Assembly (NCBI GenBank): GCA_051294375.1
Contig: CM119270.1
Location: forward strand, 22,005,897 to 22,069,896
Source: Paraspadella gotoi
Lineage: Eukaryota > Animalia > Chaetognatha
Length of the DNA stretch: 64,000 nucleotides
Direction of reading: 5' to 3'
Position numbers and translations under genes: made by a program. This document shows positions 14,538 to 27,572 of the stretch, piece after piece. Numbering within the stretch: position 1 is the first letter of the stretch; each line of letters begins with the position of its first letter. The notes beneath the pieces were generated by a model. The model had not been told where the DNA came from. It was given only the letters and a program-made list of their open reading frames with translations, and did not search any database.

Positions 14538-16228
14538 GCCATCCCCACAAAAGAGGGAGGAAATTATAATTATGAGACCAAAAAAAGGAGGCGTTCGCCA
14601 TTAGAAGAAAAAGGGACCCGAAAAAAATGAGTTTGTGGCTGATCTTTTTTTGTGCGTTGTTCTTTTTGTAGTGTTCTCTTTGTTCTGTAAGTCTGTTCTT
14701 TAACGTAGTCGTTCTCTTTGCAATTCTTTTCTTAACCGAAACTTTAAATCACCAATCCCCACTTACGACGCCGGCTGCGATTATTTTTTCAGAAGTAATT
14801 GAACATTTAAAAGCTTTCAGTAAATAAAAGGTGATCTTTGGGTTATTTTCTTTCTTGCCCTGACCGAGCATTATAAAAGAGCGACGGGGAAGCGAGACTC
14901 ATTCAGGCCCTGCGTTTGAAGCGAGAGAGATTCGCTGCTCCGTCATACGGAAAGGGGCCTTCAGATGACCATTTGCTATTTTGTTGATATTCCACAATAA
15001 AAAAATCGGCAATGGATATTGTTTTTTTGACTTCGGCAATTTGAATTGAGAAATTTGATTTGAATTTGAAAACTTAAAAAAGACAAGAACCGACAACAAC
15101 AATCAAGATCATGATTGAGACTAAGATAACATAAGATTATTATACATAATTTAATTCAATATTTCTTATCTTTTTTAAAGTATTAAAAATTAATCACCAA
15201 AGTTTTATTTCAGTTTTCTAAAATTAAAAATATATATAATTTAAAATTTAAAATTAAAATTATAGTTAAAAAAATGTAAAAAATGTCTTATCCAATATCC
15301 AAAAATAACTCGATATTTTTCTCTCCAAAAATCGACTTAGTCAGATGCCAAATTGGTAGACTCGTCTGTCAACATTTTTTGCCCAAGCTTCTCACGATAA
15401 TTACCTTTCTGGTTAAAATGAATGAATGAATAAATTAAATGACTGAATGAGACCCATGAGATTAAATAAAACATATATACTAATCTAGGCGAAATTATTT
15501 TGTCTTTGTCTTTTGTTATGTGAATGAAAAACCAATAAAAAAAAATCAAAAGATCCAAATATAACAAAAGAGCAACTCGTGGAAAAGAGAGAAGTTATAA
15601 TTTGGCCGAAACCTTTGATTTTGCCTTTAAAAACAAAAGGTTCCACGGTCGCCTCGTTCTTCCCAATTCTTTTATGAGTTCGACACCGCAAAAAAAAAAC
15701 ATGCTCGTCTCGCGTGTTTCTAGTCCCCCCAGATCGCTTCTGGCATCCTCTTGTTTTAAATGTAATTTACAAACTGTATTGCTTTTTGAGAAGGCCTCAT
15801 TTCATCTGAAATTCTGAATTAACTTAATTTTTTTAGGTTAAAGTTAGATTATGTTAGATTATGTTAGATTAGGTTAGTGATTGGAGTTAAGAATCAGAGT
15901 TAAGGACGAGGGTTAGATGCGAGGGATACGAGTTAAACAGGTCAAAAATCAAAACTGGTTCTTTTGCTTTTTCTTTATCTCGTCACTAAAATACCGGTTT
16001 AGTCTAGAGGTGTCTCCGCCTCCGTTCGTCAATTCTCGCTTCTCCCCTTCTCTCATCTGTCTCTATCTCTCTCTCTCGCACGCACGCACACAAGATTGAA
16101 TGACTCCATTTTTGCCTACCACAAAATGCTACCTGTCGATCTAATTTGTTTTCGTTTGGACTAAATCCCAAATTTAAAAACATTATTATATATTTGTATG
16201 TAGAGTCATCACATGCACTGTTTAATTT

Positions 16229-16429
16229 ATGATTAAGAAAACGTCGAATTTGGGATCAAGTGCAGTATTTTTTTTTTCTTTTATTGAAAACCAATATTTC
16301 GATCTTATTTGACAGATCATCGTTCAGAGTACTGATCGATGATCTGTCAAATAAGATCGAAATATTGGTTTTCTATAAAAGAAAAAAAAATACTGCACTT
16401 GATCCCAAATTCGACGTTTTCTTAATCAT
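16229..16429. repeat. 201-bp near-perfect palindrome (fold-back/MITE-like)
   Basis: Arms ATGATTAAGAAAACGTCGAATTTGGGATCAAGTGCAGTA... and ...TACTGCACTTGATCCCAAATTCGACGTTTTCTTAATCAT, about 98 bp each with about 2 mismatches, around a 4-nt loop (AGTA). Confidence 0.95.
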
Positions 16430-16448
16430 TATTATATATTATTATATA

Positions 16449-17867
16449 GAGGTATACCTAAGGGGTGAACTTAGGTAATATTTTGCCTGATTAACTGAGC
16501 AAAGTGTTACTGAAATTGCCTAGGTTAAGAAATGATTTTTCTTAATTAAGATGAGAAATTTCTGAATCAAAATATTTCGCTTATATTTATTTTTAAAAAT
16601 AAATAAAACAATATATTTTCTTTTATTGTTTTAATGTTGTTATCAACTTTATTTTCAATTTGTGATTACTATATTTTAAGCCCAAAAATACTTTTCCCAG
16701 ATGGCATGAAATATGAGTATCAGCATTAAGTATGTAAACTACTTGGCTACTACCAGACCCAGAACCAATAAAATTATTCAAAAAGATTAATTCATTTAAA
16801 AATAAAAAAATTAACAGATAACAAAAAAATTAGTAAAACAATAAGAATGCATACATTTAAAGAGATTTGCAATGTAACATATTCAGTTGTATCCTGATAT
16901 GATTGACAAGATTAAAACCTCGATCAAAGATGATGTAAAAATGTACACAAGACTCAAGTCGCCCAAAAATGTTTTGTATCTTATTTAGAATATCAAAGCT
17001 CATTAGAATTCTTTGCAGAATATGATATGGATTACACAATACCTCCCTAGCTGATTATATTAAAGAATAGAACTCGATATGGAAAGTAAATATCCTATGG
17101 ATATGATTTTCAAATAAAAAAAATTAAAAAAAATATCTTTCTATTTTTTCATCATTAACAAATATTTTAACTCAAAGTAAAAAATGACATTCTTGAACAT
17201 ACTGAAAAATATTTCTCCTAATTAAAAACAACTATATAATAGACTCCAACCCATGTCACCAAACACCAAATACCAAACACCAAACATATTTTTAGCTATT
17301 AATTTTTTTTTTATAAAATTATTTTCACTTTCATTAAAAATATTAGGTCTAAAACTAATTGAATTCCAATGTTGAGCAAATTAAAGTTTTATATTTGATA
17401 ACAATTTTGTTTAAAAATTAATACCAAAAAATATCCTATTTTGTTATTTTTTAAAATTTTATATGAACATTTGTAAAATTACTTGTTTCACTATCTTTAA
17501 TTTTTATATTTTATAAATGTTTTACTATTTAAACTATATTATTTAATTATATATTACTTTTTAAAAATATTATTTGCTTATTATATCTAATAACTTATTT
17601 TGGGAGGCGGAGGTCAGTGTTGTCTTCTGGAAATAGAAGGAGCATCTATACAACACAAGGTTAGACTACAATAAAATACAATTAGACTACTATATTTAAA
17701 TTAATATCATTTGGCTTCAAATTATTAAAGATAACATTTCCATTTTAAATCTTAGCTAATTAAAAATTGCCTACTTTTATTTAGTTAACTACTAGGTAAA
17801 CCAAAAAATTGTCTATTACCTATTTAAGAAAAAATATTTGCCTAAATTCACCCCTTAGGTATACCTC
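16449..17867. mobile_element. non-autonomous TIR DNA transposon (~1.4 kb)
   Basis: GAGGTATACCTAAGGGGTGAACTTAGG at 16449 and its inverse CCTAAATTCACCCCTTAGGTATACCTC ending 17867 (26/27). AT-rich interior with no ORF. No clear TSD. Confidence 0.75.
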
Positions 17868-17940
17868 GATTTAAAATTTTTTCAATCTTTAATTCTTTCA
17901 GGTCCATTTCCTGCGATGATAACAAAAAAAAATAAATAAA

Positions 17941-18226
17941 ATGATGTTTATAAAATACAGAAATAGATTATTTTGGATGATTTTTTCCGCCGCTTTTTTG
18001 ATCGTCATTCTAAAGACGAGAAAGTTTCGTCAGTACGAATGGACGGACGGAAGGAAAAGAGTGATTTTGTTTTGGGTTCCATTCTTCAAAGTTCCTGACT
18101 ACTCGTTCGGACTCGGGTCACGCCCTTTTCAAGATCACCGTTGTCCTGTGAGAAATTGTGAAACGACGACTAACAGAAGCCGGTTGTTGGAGGCAGACGT
18201 TGTCGTCTTTCACATTCGCGACATAG
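17941..18226 (+). CDS. alpha-1,3-fucosyltransferase (CAZy GT10), coding exon 1
   Basis: ATG at 17941. Type II membrane anchor (RLFWMIFSAAFLIVIL) followed by Fut N-terminal motifs VILFW...CPVRNCETTTNRSRLLEADVVVFH. Donor G|GTGAGT at 18227, phase 1. An upstream acceptor (ttctttcag|, ending 17901) suggests a further 5'UTR exon. Confidence 0.9.
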
Positions 18227-18269
18227 GTGAGTCTCACGTACAATTGAAACATTCTTTGTAATATTATAC

Positions 18270-18665
18270 CACTTCATTGATAGGAAAGCCAGGTACACTG
18301 GGAGTGAATAAACGAGACTGTGAGAGTCTTGATTGAAAGCTTGCAGGGACCTGCTATGTCATTATATTGTAAGAGTAAACCGCAAAAAGCCTGTCCGAAG
18401 TCAGGGGCAAGATAGCTTATTTATCAAATGAATGGACATTTTTTAATTTGGTCGTCACAATTTCTTAGATTAATTTTTAGACAAATTAAAACAGTTAAAA
18501 AATATTCAATCAATTCTTTGATAGGGAATTTAAAAAAACTAGGCAGTAAAAGAGTTCTGATTAAAAACTTGCAGAGTCATATTATCTTGTAAGAGGCTCT
18601 CATCTCTATAGCTTTCGAAAGTCAGTGGCAGAATAACTGGTTTATTTTGAGATGAATGACATTTT
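18270..18665. repeat. dispersed repeat inside the fucosyltransferase intron
   Basis: GAGACTGTGAGAGTCTTGATTGAAAGCTTGCAGGGACCTGCTATGTCATT is the reverse complement of 13055-13135. A second, degenerate unit lies at ~18550-18665. Confidence 0.6.
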
Positions 18666-19197
18666 TGTTTATACTTTCTGTACAAATTTCATACAATATT
18701 CAATCTGTATAAAACTTCCTCAATATAAAATAAAATTAATGTTCTGCAATTAAGAATTTATTACAACGATTTTGTTATCAGTCAACCTTATTTTTCCGAC
18801 CTTATTTTCCCAGAATGCCCCATTTCATCATAAATTATTTAATTTAATGGTTAATGATTAAAGTTAGTGTTTAAAGTTAAGGACTTGGTTGGAGATTAGG
18901 GTTAGGTTGACTATTAAGGTTATAAATTAGTTAATAAGTTTAAGTTAATTATTAAAGTTAAAATAAAATTCTAGGATAAACGAAGAGAAATGGGGGACTG
19001 TCGGAGAAGACTACCGATATTTCTTTATTCCGCGATTACTTATGTATTATACTGTAGAAGACGAAAATAGTAATAATAATAGTAATAATAAAAGTTTAGA
19101 GAGAGAGACCGGTGGTAAGTCGCCTCAATACTATTTTAAAATCTTTCAAAACAAAATATTCATTTCATACAACTTTATAATTAATCATTTTCTTCAG

Positions 19198-20000
19198 GCA
19201 AAAACCAAGGTACTCCCTCAGTCATTCCGAGCCTCGACATGCCACCAGTCAAACCCGCCAATCAGAGATGGCTCTTTTATCTCCACGAGTCGCCCGTCCA
19301 CACATCTCCGGACACAAAACTCTTCAAGCACTGGTTCAACTGGACGATGACGTACCGAAAAGACGGGGATTTCTTCATGCCCTACGGACATACGGCCAAG
19401 AAGGCGAGGCCTCTCGAGGAATCCCCAAAAATCTCCAACTTCTTCAAAGCGAACGGCCCTCGAGTCGCTTGGATGGCTTCTAATTGCAAGACGCCTGGAC
19501 GTCGGGAAGACTACGTCAATAAACTCCGTTCCTTTATTCCCATCGACGTTTATGGGTCCTGCGGTTCACTCAAATGTTCCGCATCGAAAAAGATCGATTG
19601 TCTGAAATCCGTCGAGTCATACCTCTTCTATTTGTCCTTTGAAAATTCGATCTGTCGCGATTATATCTCGGAAAAGCTTTGGCCGATCATGAACGAAACC
19701 CGATTAGTGCCCATCGTCTACGGAGGCGGCGACTACGAAGCCGACTTGCCGCCCAACTCTTTCATCGACGCTCGAAAGTTTTCGCCGAAGGAACTCGCGG
19801 AACATCTCAAACGGGTCTTCAAAGACGAGCGTCTTTACGCGCGGTATCATTCGTGGAGAAGGCAGTACGAAGTTCGCAGTGGATCGCCGACGGGGTTGCA
19901 TCAGTTTTGTCGACTTTGCGCGACTTTGAATGAGAAATCTTTGACGCCAAAGTGGTACGAGGACATTTGGGATTATTGGACAAATAAGAAATGCGATTAG
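19198..20000 (+). CDS. alpha-1,3-fucosyltransferase (CAZy GT10), coding exon 2, catalytic domain
   Basis: Acceptor ttttcttcag| ends 19197. Phase 1 joins exon 1 in frame (G+GC=Gly) and runs into ORF 19239-20000. GT10 motifs: QRWLFYLHESP, FNWTMTYRKD, VAWMASNC, IDVYGSCG, FYLSFENSICRDYISEKLW, VPIVYGG, PPNSFID, YHSWR, CRLCATL. Total CDS 1089 nt = 362 aa plus stop. Confidence 0.95.
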
Positions 20001-20066
20001 GACTGGTCGTAGGTTGAACTGGCTTTAACATGGAGATTTTCTCAGTCTGGAATGACTTAAATCTTG

Positions 20067-20130
20067 AATAAATGACGAATAAATTGTGAATAAATCGTAA
20101 ATAAGTTTATTATTAAGAATAATAAATAAA
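20067..20130 (+). promoter_or_regulatory. cluster of AATAAA polyadenylation signals for the fucosyltransferase
   Basis: AATAAA at 20067, 20078 and 20089 and again near 20120, 67-130 nt after the TAG. Confidence 0.55.
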
Positions 20131-20927
20131 TGGACAAGAACGGTGAAAAGACTGGTCTAAAAAGGACAAAGGGAAAAATGATCGGACGGTAGGTCACAAA
20201 ATCTTTTACTTGTATACATTTTAGACATATTTGTTAATAATATAACTTTTTTAGAATCTTGTTTTAATTTTTTTTTCAGAGTTAGTAAGTAATTATTTTT
20301 TATTAATAGAAAAAACAGTATTAACAAAATCAGAAGCAGTAACAGTGTAGAAAGCTGAAAAACGATAAACAAGTAAAAACTAAACTATTAGTTAGTAAAA
20401 TATTGTTTTTTATTTTGAAACTTCAAATGTCCTTATAACATTATCTCGTGTCTAAATCTAAATCTCAAATTAATAAAATCTGGTATCCCAAGAGAAAAGT
20501 AGAAAGTACTGGGTAATTGGATGTGTTGAAAAATGAAGACTAATCGACATCATTTGTGTTTCTCCTCAAGAAGCAGAATTTTGTCCTAAAACATTTGATT
20601 TTTTTAAAAATATTATTATTTTTTTTATTAATAACAAAAACGAAATTAAAAAAATTAAAATATTAAAATATTAAAATAATTTATTGTTTAAGTATTTTTT
20701 CATTAATACCAAAAACAGTATTGACAAAAGCAAAAACAGTAACAGTGTAAAAGAAAACGGTAAACAATTAAAAACTAAACTATTAAAATTTGCTTTTTAT
20801 GTGGATGACTTATCACTGCTAAATTAATTAAAACCAAAAACATCCATGTAACAATGACAACGATGGATTAACAGTTCCGAGCTTGAAAATTCATTACAAT
20901 AAGCAGAATATTGTTTAATTCTATCTC

Positions 20928-20993
<66 letters not shown>

Positions 20994-21126
20994 AATAAAA
21001 AGGTGACAAATTAGCACAAAAAAAAGAATAAAATGCAAAATTATTTAAAGGAAAAAATCGCTGTGGTTTCTTCGTTGTCTTTTTTTGTCCAGAATGTCAT
21101 CATCTGAAGGAGGGTATGATAAATAA

Positions 21127-21182
<56 letters not shown>

Positions 21183-21284
21183 AGATGCGTAGACGAGAAA
21201 AGGAGAGATAAGGGGAAGAAAGTATAGATAGGAAAAAGGGGAAGAGAAAAAGAGAGAAGTGAGAGAAAGCGAGAGAGAGAGAGC

Positions 21285-21333
<49 letters not shown>

Positions 21334-23132
21334 GTCGTTACCTTTCTTTTCAGTTTTTAATCTTTTTATTACAGTTTTTTTTCCACTCATATATTTTGAA
21401 TTTCCCTCCCTCCGTTCTGACAGTTTGCTCCTCTTCCTCCTCCTCCTCTTCTTCCTCCTCCTCTTCCTTCTCCTCCTCCTCCTCCTTTGCCTCCTCTTCC
21501 CTCGCCCTAAGGATTTTTCTTTCCTTTCTTTTTTTATCAATTTACTTTTTCTATTTATTTTCACTCTTCCTTTCTACTCTTTTCTCACTTTTCCTTCCTT
21601 TTCCTTTATTTTCTTTCATTTCTTTTCTACTTCTTTCATTTCCTTTCCTCTTTTTTTCTTTCCTTTACTGTCCTTTCTTTTCCCTCCTTTTTTTTCTTTC
21701 CTTTCATTTCCTTTACTCTCCTTTCCTCTCCTTTTATTTTCTTTCATTTTCTTTTTTTTCTTATACTTAACTTCTTTTCAGTCTCTCAATTGAACTCACG
21801 GTTGAACTGCCAGACATTTTATCAGTAAATCATCATTGATCAATTCATGTTAACTGTTTTTCTTCTCTGCCTTTTTTATTATATTCCTCTCTTTTTCTCT
21901 TCCTTCCTTATTTCTTCCTCTCTATTCTTTCCTTTTTATCTTCCTTCCTTATTTCTTCCTCTCTATTCTTTCCTTTTTCTCGTCTTTCTTTATTTTTTCC
22001 TCTCTATTCTTTCTTTTTTATCTTTCCTCCTTTTTTCTTCCTCTCTATTCTCTCCTTTTTCCTTCCTTAATTCTTCCTCTCTTCCTTCCTTACTCTTTTT
22101 TTTAATTCATCTTTTCTTTCTTTACTCCTTTTTTTTCTCTTCTTCTCCTTATATTTTCTTCCCATTTCTTTCTTACTCTTTTTTCTTTAACTTCTCTTTT
22201 TCTCTCTTCATCCTATTCTTACTCTCTTTTCTTTTTATCTCCCTTACTTCACTTTTCTTTTCTTTTAATTTATCTCTTTCCAACTTCTCTCCCAAACTCC
22301 TCTTTTTTTCCTCCTCCTTTTCCTTTCCTCCCTTCTTTCTTTCCTTTTCTCTTTTCCTACTTTCCTTCCTTCCTTCCCTTCCTTTTTCTTTCCTTTTTTT
22401 CCTTTCTCTCTTCTTTCGTTTTCTTTCCTCGCTTTCCTTTCTTTAATACCTTCATTTCTGATGGGAGAAAAGAAGATAAATTTTTCCGTTTTTTCTTCCT
22501 TATTCCTTTCCTCTTTTTCTCTTCCACCTTTTTCTTTCGTCCCGTTTCTATCCTCCCTTTCTTTTCCTCCCTTTTCCCTTCCTCCTTTTCCTTTCCTCCC
22601 TTTCTTTTCTTCATTTCCTTTCTTCCTTTTCTTTCTTTAATACCTTCATCTCTGCTGGAGGGAAAAGAAGAGAAATGGTTCCGATTTTTCTTCCTTATTC
22701 TCGGAAAGAGAAAAGTACAGCAATGACGGTTTCTTGCGTTTATCATCGCTAGGAATTCTCCTAATATGTTTATTCATACATTCTTGTAAAATAACGCAAA
22801 TAGTTTACTATCGAAACTATTTTTTTTCTGACATTTTAATTACTATTTTTAGCTTGCGATATTTTGTCTTCATCTTTTATATAAAAAGGTGAGGAATGGT
22901 TAATAAAATTGGACGAAATAAAAAAAGAAATTAAAATCGAATAAAAAAAAACTACATCTTAATCTTGACTTTCGACTTGAAATCAATTTTGGCCAAAAAA
23001 AAGAAATTTTTTTTAAAATTAAACGTTTTCCTAATTTTACCTCCGATTTTACTCTTTTTTTATCGTTTTTCGTTGAATTCTTTTTTTTTTACAAATTAGA
23101 GAGCCATGCAACTCTCTCTCTCTCTCTCTTTC

Positions 23133-23254
<122 letters not shown>

Positions 23255-23496
23255 TTTCTTTTCTCCCTGACGTTTGCCAGTAGCCTAGTTTTGAATCAAA
23301 AAGTTTTGCCACAATTTTTTTTTCTCTTTTATGTTTATGATTAATTTTTTTTTAACGGAAATTTATTTTTTTTAAAAATGTTTTTCTTATGCATCTTAAA
23401 TATTTTTAAATATTTTTAAATTGCGAGGAAGAAGACTTTAATTGGCTATAAAAATGTTTTCTCATGTAAAATTCGCGAGACAACGACGCGGAAAAT

Positions 23497-23610
<114 letters not shown>

Positions 23611-23749
23611 CTCATCCTTTTTTGCCTAAGAGCAGCTGAGAAAAAAGCCAGCGCCATCTCCATAACCTTTCAAAAGCGTTTGGGCGAAAAAAAAGAAGAA
23701 AAAATTCAAAATTGCTTTTCTTTATCGCGATTGCGGAGGACGAAGCGAG

Positions 23750-24125
23750 GGCATTGTGGCACGGGCACTGGCACTGGCACTGGCACTGGCTATGGCTTTG
23801 AGACACTGGCACTGGGGCTATGGCTTTGTGGCACTGGCACTGGGGCTATGGCTTTGTGGCACATGCTATGGCTTTGTGGCATTGGTACTGGCACTGGCTA
23901 TGGCTTTGTGGCACTGGCACTGGGGCTATGGCTTTGTGGCACTGGCACTGGGGCTATTGCTTTGTTCGACAAACTATGGCTTTATGGCACTAGTAATGGC
24001 ACTGGCTTTGGCTTTGTGGCACTGGCACTGGGGCTATGGCTTTGTGGCACAGGCTATGGCTTTGAGGCACTGGTATTGGCACTGGCTGTGGCTTTGTGGC
24101 ACTGGCACTGGCAATGGGAACTTTG
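23750..24125. repeat. ~28-bp minisatellite built from GGCACT/GGCTAT/GGCTTT sub-units
   Basis: Tandem GGCTTTGTGGCACTGGCACTGGGGCTAT variants. Confidence 0.9.
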
Positions 24126-24659
24126 TGCCACTGAGACCCGTGTGGCAATGAGACCCTTGTGTTACTGAGACCCTTGTGGCACCAGGACCGTGTTTCCACG
24201 GTGGTCAGTAACCTGCTTACTCTTTTTGGCACAGTGAACTGTTGGTCGTACATTGATTTAAATTTTTAAAAAAGTAATACAAAATAGTCATAATATTAAA
24301 AATAAAAAATATAGTATTTTTAATATATAATTTTAATGAATACTATTGAATCTAATACATAAAATAGTTAAACAAGTAATATTTCAATTTTCACAGCATC
24401 TTTAAAAAAATAAAAAAATTATCTGGAATTGCAATTCGTATTGTTTAATTATGACCTCTGAGGATCAGATTCACAAATCGATAGTTTGTTTCACGCCAGA
24501 ACAAATTTCACAGATATCTGGAAAAAAATAATTTTAAAATTTCAAAAACAAATATTTAGTTCTAAAAATTTGATGAGTTGAAAGATTAGATATGAGTTGA
24601 AGAAGGAGATAGAATATAATAATGTTCATTACTATCATTGTAAAAGAAAATGGTATCGC

Positions 24660-24765
24660 TGTGGGCAGGGTCGAAAAAACTGTGAGCAGGGACGAAATTA
24701 CTGTGAGCAGGGACGAAATAATTTTGGGCAGGGACGAAATAACTGTGAGCAGGGACGAAATAACT
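24660..24765. repeat. 21-bp tandem repeat x5
   Basis: TGTGAGCAGGGACGAAATAAC units. Confidence 0.9.
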
Positions 24766-25330
24766 GCTTGCGGAGGTATGAAAGAGAAAAAAAAAGCCAA
24801 AGTGATTTTACTCTAACATATTTTTTTTTATTCAAAAAAAATGTTTTACTAAAAACTTAAAATTATAAAGAATAAATTAAAAGTTACAGTACTATTATTT
24901 TTAGGCCGGAAAAAAATCGTTCAAGTAATAATAAAAAAATGCCTTAATTAAAGTTTTATCATAAAAAAGCAAAAAACAAAAAACAAAAAAAAAAACCAAA
25001 AAAAACAAAAAAAAAACAAACAAACAAAACAAACTAAATAGACCTCGTTATTGAAATTTTAAAAACTAAAAATAAAGCAAACACAATAAAACTGTCGAAA
25101 AAAGATGTTGAACAAATTAAAAAAGAAAAAAAAAGCAAACATATAAATATTTCTTTCCACAAAATTGAATTTTTTTTTACAGCGAAAACGATTGTCACGC
25201 AAAGAGAAAAGGAGAGTCTTGGCTAAAAGGAAAATTAAAAACCTTTTTAATAGTTTATTTACATCAACTTAATCGATATAAACGCTTATTTTTTTTCCTT
25301 TTAATTCTTTTTTCTTTTAATGTCAATTTC

Positions 25331-25374
<44 letters not shown>

Positions 25375-25694
25375 AAAATGGACCACAACTCAATTTCGTC
25401 GGGATTTCATCTGGTTGTTCATTGTAAATATTGTAGGAGTGCGAACATTTATGTAGTTGATTTTTATTCATTTCGGCGTGGGGCAAACTTGACTCCTGAT
25501 TTTCCTTTGCTTCCCATAAATAATGTTTTTCGATTTAGCAAAACCCAATACCTTCTACAAGATACGAAGATTCAAGTCAGAACCCTGTACAAGTCTGAAC
25601 CCTGTACAAATGTTCGATTGAACCCAAAAATAGAAGGAAGAGACGTATTCATGCGGAATCATGTGAAGTAAAAGTAAGAGAGAAAAAATGATAC

Positions 25695-25728
<34 letters not shown>

Positions 25729-25818
25729 ATCTCTCTCTCTCTCTCTCTTTAAAAAATATGAGAATAGATTTATCTCCATCGCTTGCTTCATGAATATGTG
25801 ATAGTCTCTCGTCGCGAC

Positions 25819-25898
<80 letters not shown>

Positions 25899-26127
25899 GC
25901 TTCTCCCTTCTGCAGGTGATATGCGGATTTTTTTTTATATTTTTCTTCATCTCAATTTTTTACATTATTTATTTCAAAACGAGAATATTTTCTTTATAAT
26001 AAAGTCAACTTTTTAGACAAATGATAAAGTTTATACGTTAAAAAATATTAAAAAATACTTAATAAACTATATAAACCTTTGGCTGCTGCTCTCGTCTATA
26101 ATAAAATCAGAAATACAATCTATATAA

Positions 26128-26937
26128 TTAGCTGCCCTTCAGGGTAGCGTCCGGCGGCCACCGGTGAGCTCATCTTCAAAAATGAAAGTGCTTAGTTTGA
26201 CCTTAAGAGGAAGCCCTATTTTTAAGGGGAGCTCTATTTTATTACATAAGGTTGACACCCAGGGCAATAAAAAGCTTCGTACCAAGTAGCCATGTATATT
26301 TTCTGTTAACGTTAATTATTTGCAAATTGATTTCTCATGGTCCATTTCCTGCGATGCTGCATAGCTGAAGTTAATAAAGATATGTACAACAGATACAACA
26401 AAGAGGAATCAAATTAAAAACTGTCTCCTTAGCAACCAAAAAAACAAAACGTTTTTTTTTCCTTTACTTTTTTTCCCGCCGTTCCTTGGGAGCAGCGACC
26501 GATGATCGATTAGAAAATGGGTTAAAAGTGAAAATGTAACTGACGAATGAACTCCATTTAGAAAATGGATTCATTATTCTTTCTTCCCAGAATTTAGAGG
26601 AGAAATTTTCGACACGGACGGATGGTCGGAAGGACGGACGGACGGACGGACGGACTGAGGGACGAACGGACGGACGGACGGACGGACGGAGGGACGGACG
26701 GAGGGACGAACGGACGGACGGACGGACGGACGGACGGACGGAGGGACGGGTGGATGAACGGACGGACGGAGGGACGGACGGACGGACGGACGGACGGACG
26801 GAGGGACGGGTGGACGAACGGACGGACGGAGGGACGGAGGGACGGACGGACGGAGGGACGGACGGACGGACGGACGGACGGAAGGACGGACGGAGGTTTC
26901 TGGAATCTTGACGTAATTTGAGTGGTGTGGAAGAAGA
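26128..26937 (-). mobile_element. Helitron-like non-autonomous element
   Basis: On the minus strand the 5' end reads A|TCTTCTTCC (26937), with a (CCGT)n microsatellite at 26610-26895, GC-rich hairpins at 26131-26164, and a 3' end CTAA|T. This fits the Helitron TC...CTRR pattern inserted at AT. Confidence 0.5.
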
Positions 26938-27572
26938 TGCCGATAATTTCCTTTTTTTTATTTCTCAATATTAATTATATATCAGATTGGAATATACTAG
27001 TGTACTTGTTTTTTGGTTTTTTTTTGAAGTTGTTATCCATAGTAAAGAGAATAAATTTTTTTTTAAACATTTTTCATATAAATTTGATTATTTTTTTTCC
27101 AATCATAAAAAAAAATCGTTTTCTAGTTTTAAAATCAGATTTATCAACACTAAGTTAACTTAACAAATTCAACAAATGAACAAATAAACTTATCATTGAT
27201 ATTTACGTATGTAATTTAATAAATATTTAGCGAATCCCTCAACCACCCAAAATTACCTTGAGCCAAAAGACGCACCTTAACTCCTCCTCCTCCCCTCCTT
27301 CTCCTCCCCCTCCTCCTCCTCCTCCTCCTCCTCCTCCTCCCTTTTCCCTCATGAGTAATAAAGTTTTACTCGCTATCGACTTCTCTCTGTCAACGTCTAA
27401 ACACTGTTGTTGTTGTTGTTGTTGTGGTTTTTGTTGTTTCTGTTTTCGTTGCTGATGTTGTCGTTTTTGTTGTTGTTATTATTTTGTTTTCTGTCAAAAC
27501 CTGGTCCACAAATTTATGTTTCAAAATCCTTTGTCCCAAACGAAAGATGAACTCGCCTTAAACTGGAGATCT

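Noticed and set aside
14899-14901. In-frame TGA as selenocysteine or readthrough
   Set aside because: No recognisable selenoprotein context or SECIS, and the upstream frame lacks an ATG.
15830-15920. Telomeric TTAGG/TTAGGG-like repeats (also near 430, 18890 and 60740)
   Set aside because: Short, degenerate and internal. More likely parts of small dispersed repeats.
23680-24168. GTGTG / ALALGLWLC repeat protein
   Set aside because: The repeat unit is about 28 bp, so all frames cycle through the same peptides. No splice or start support.
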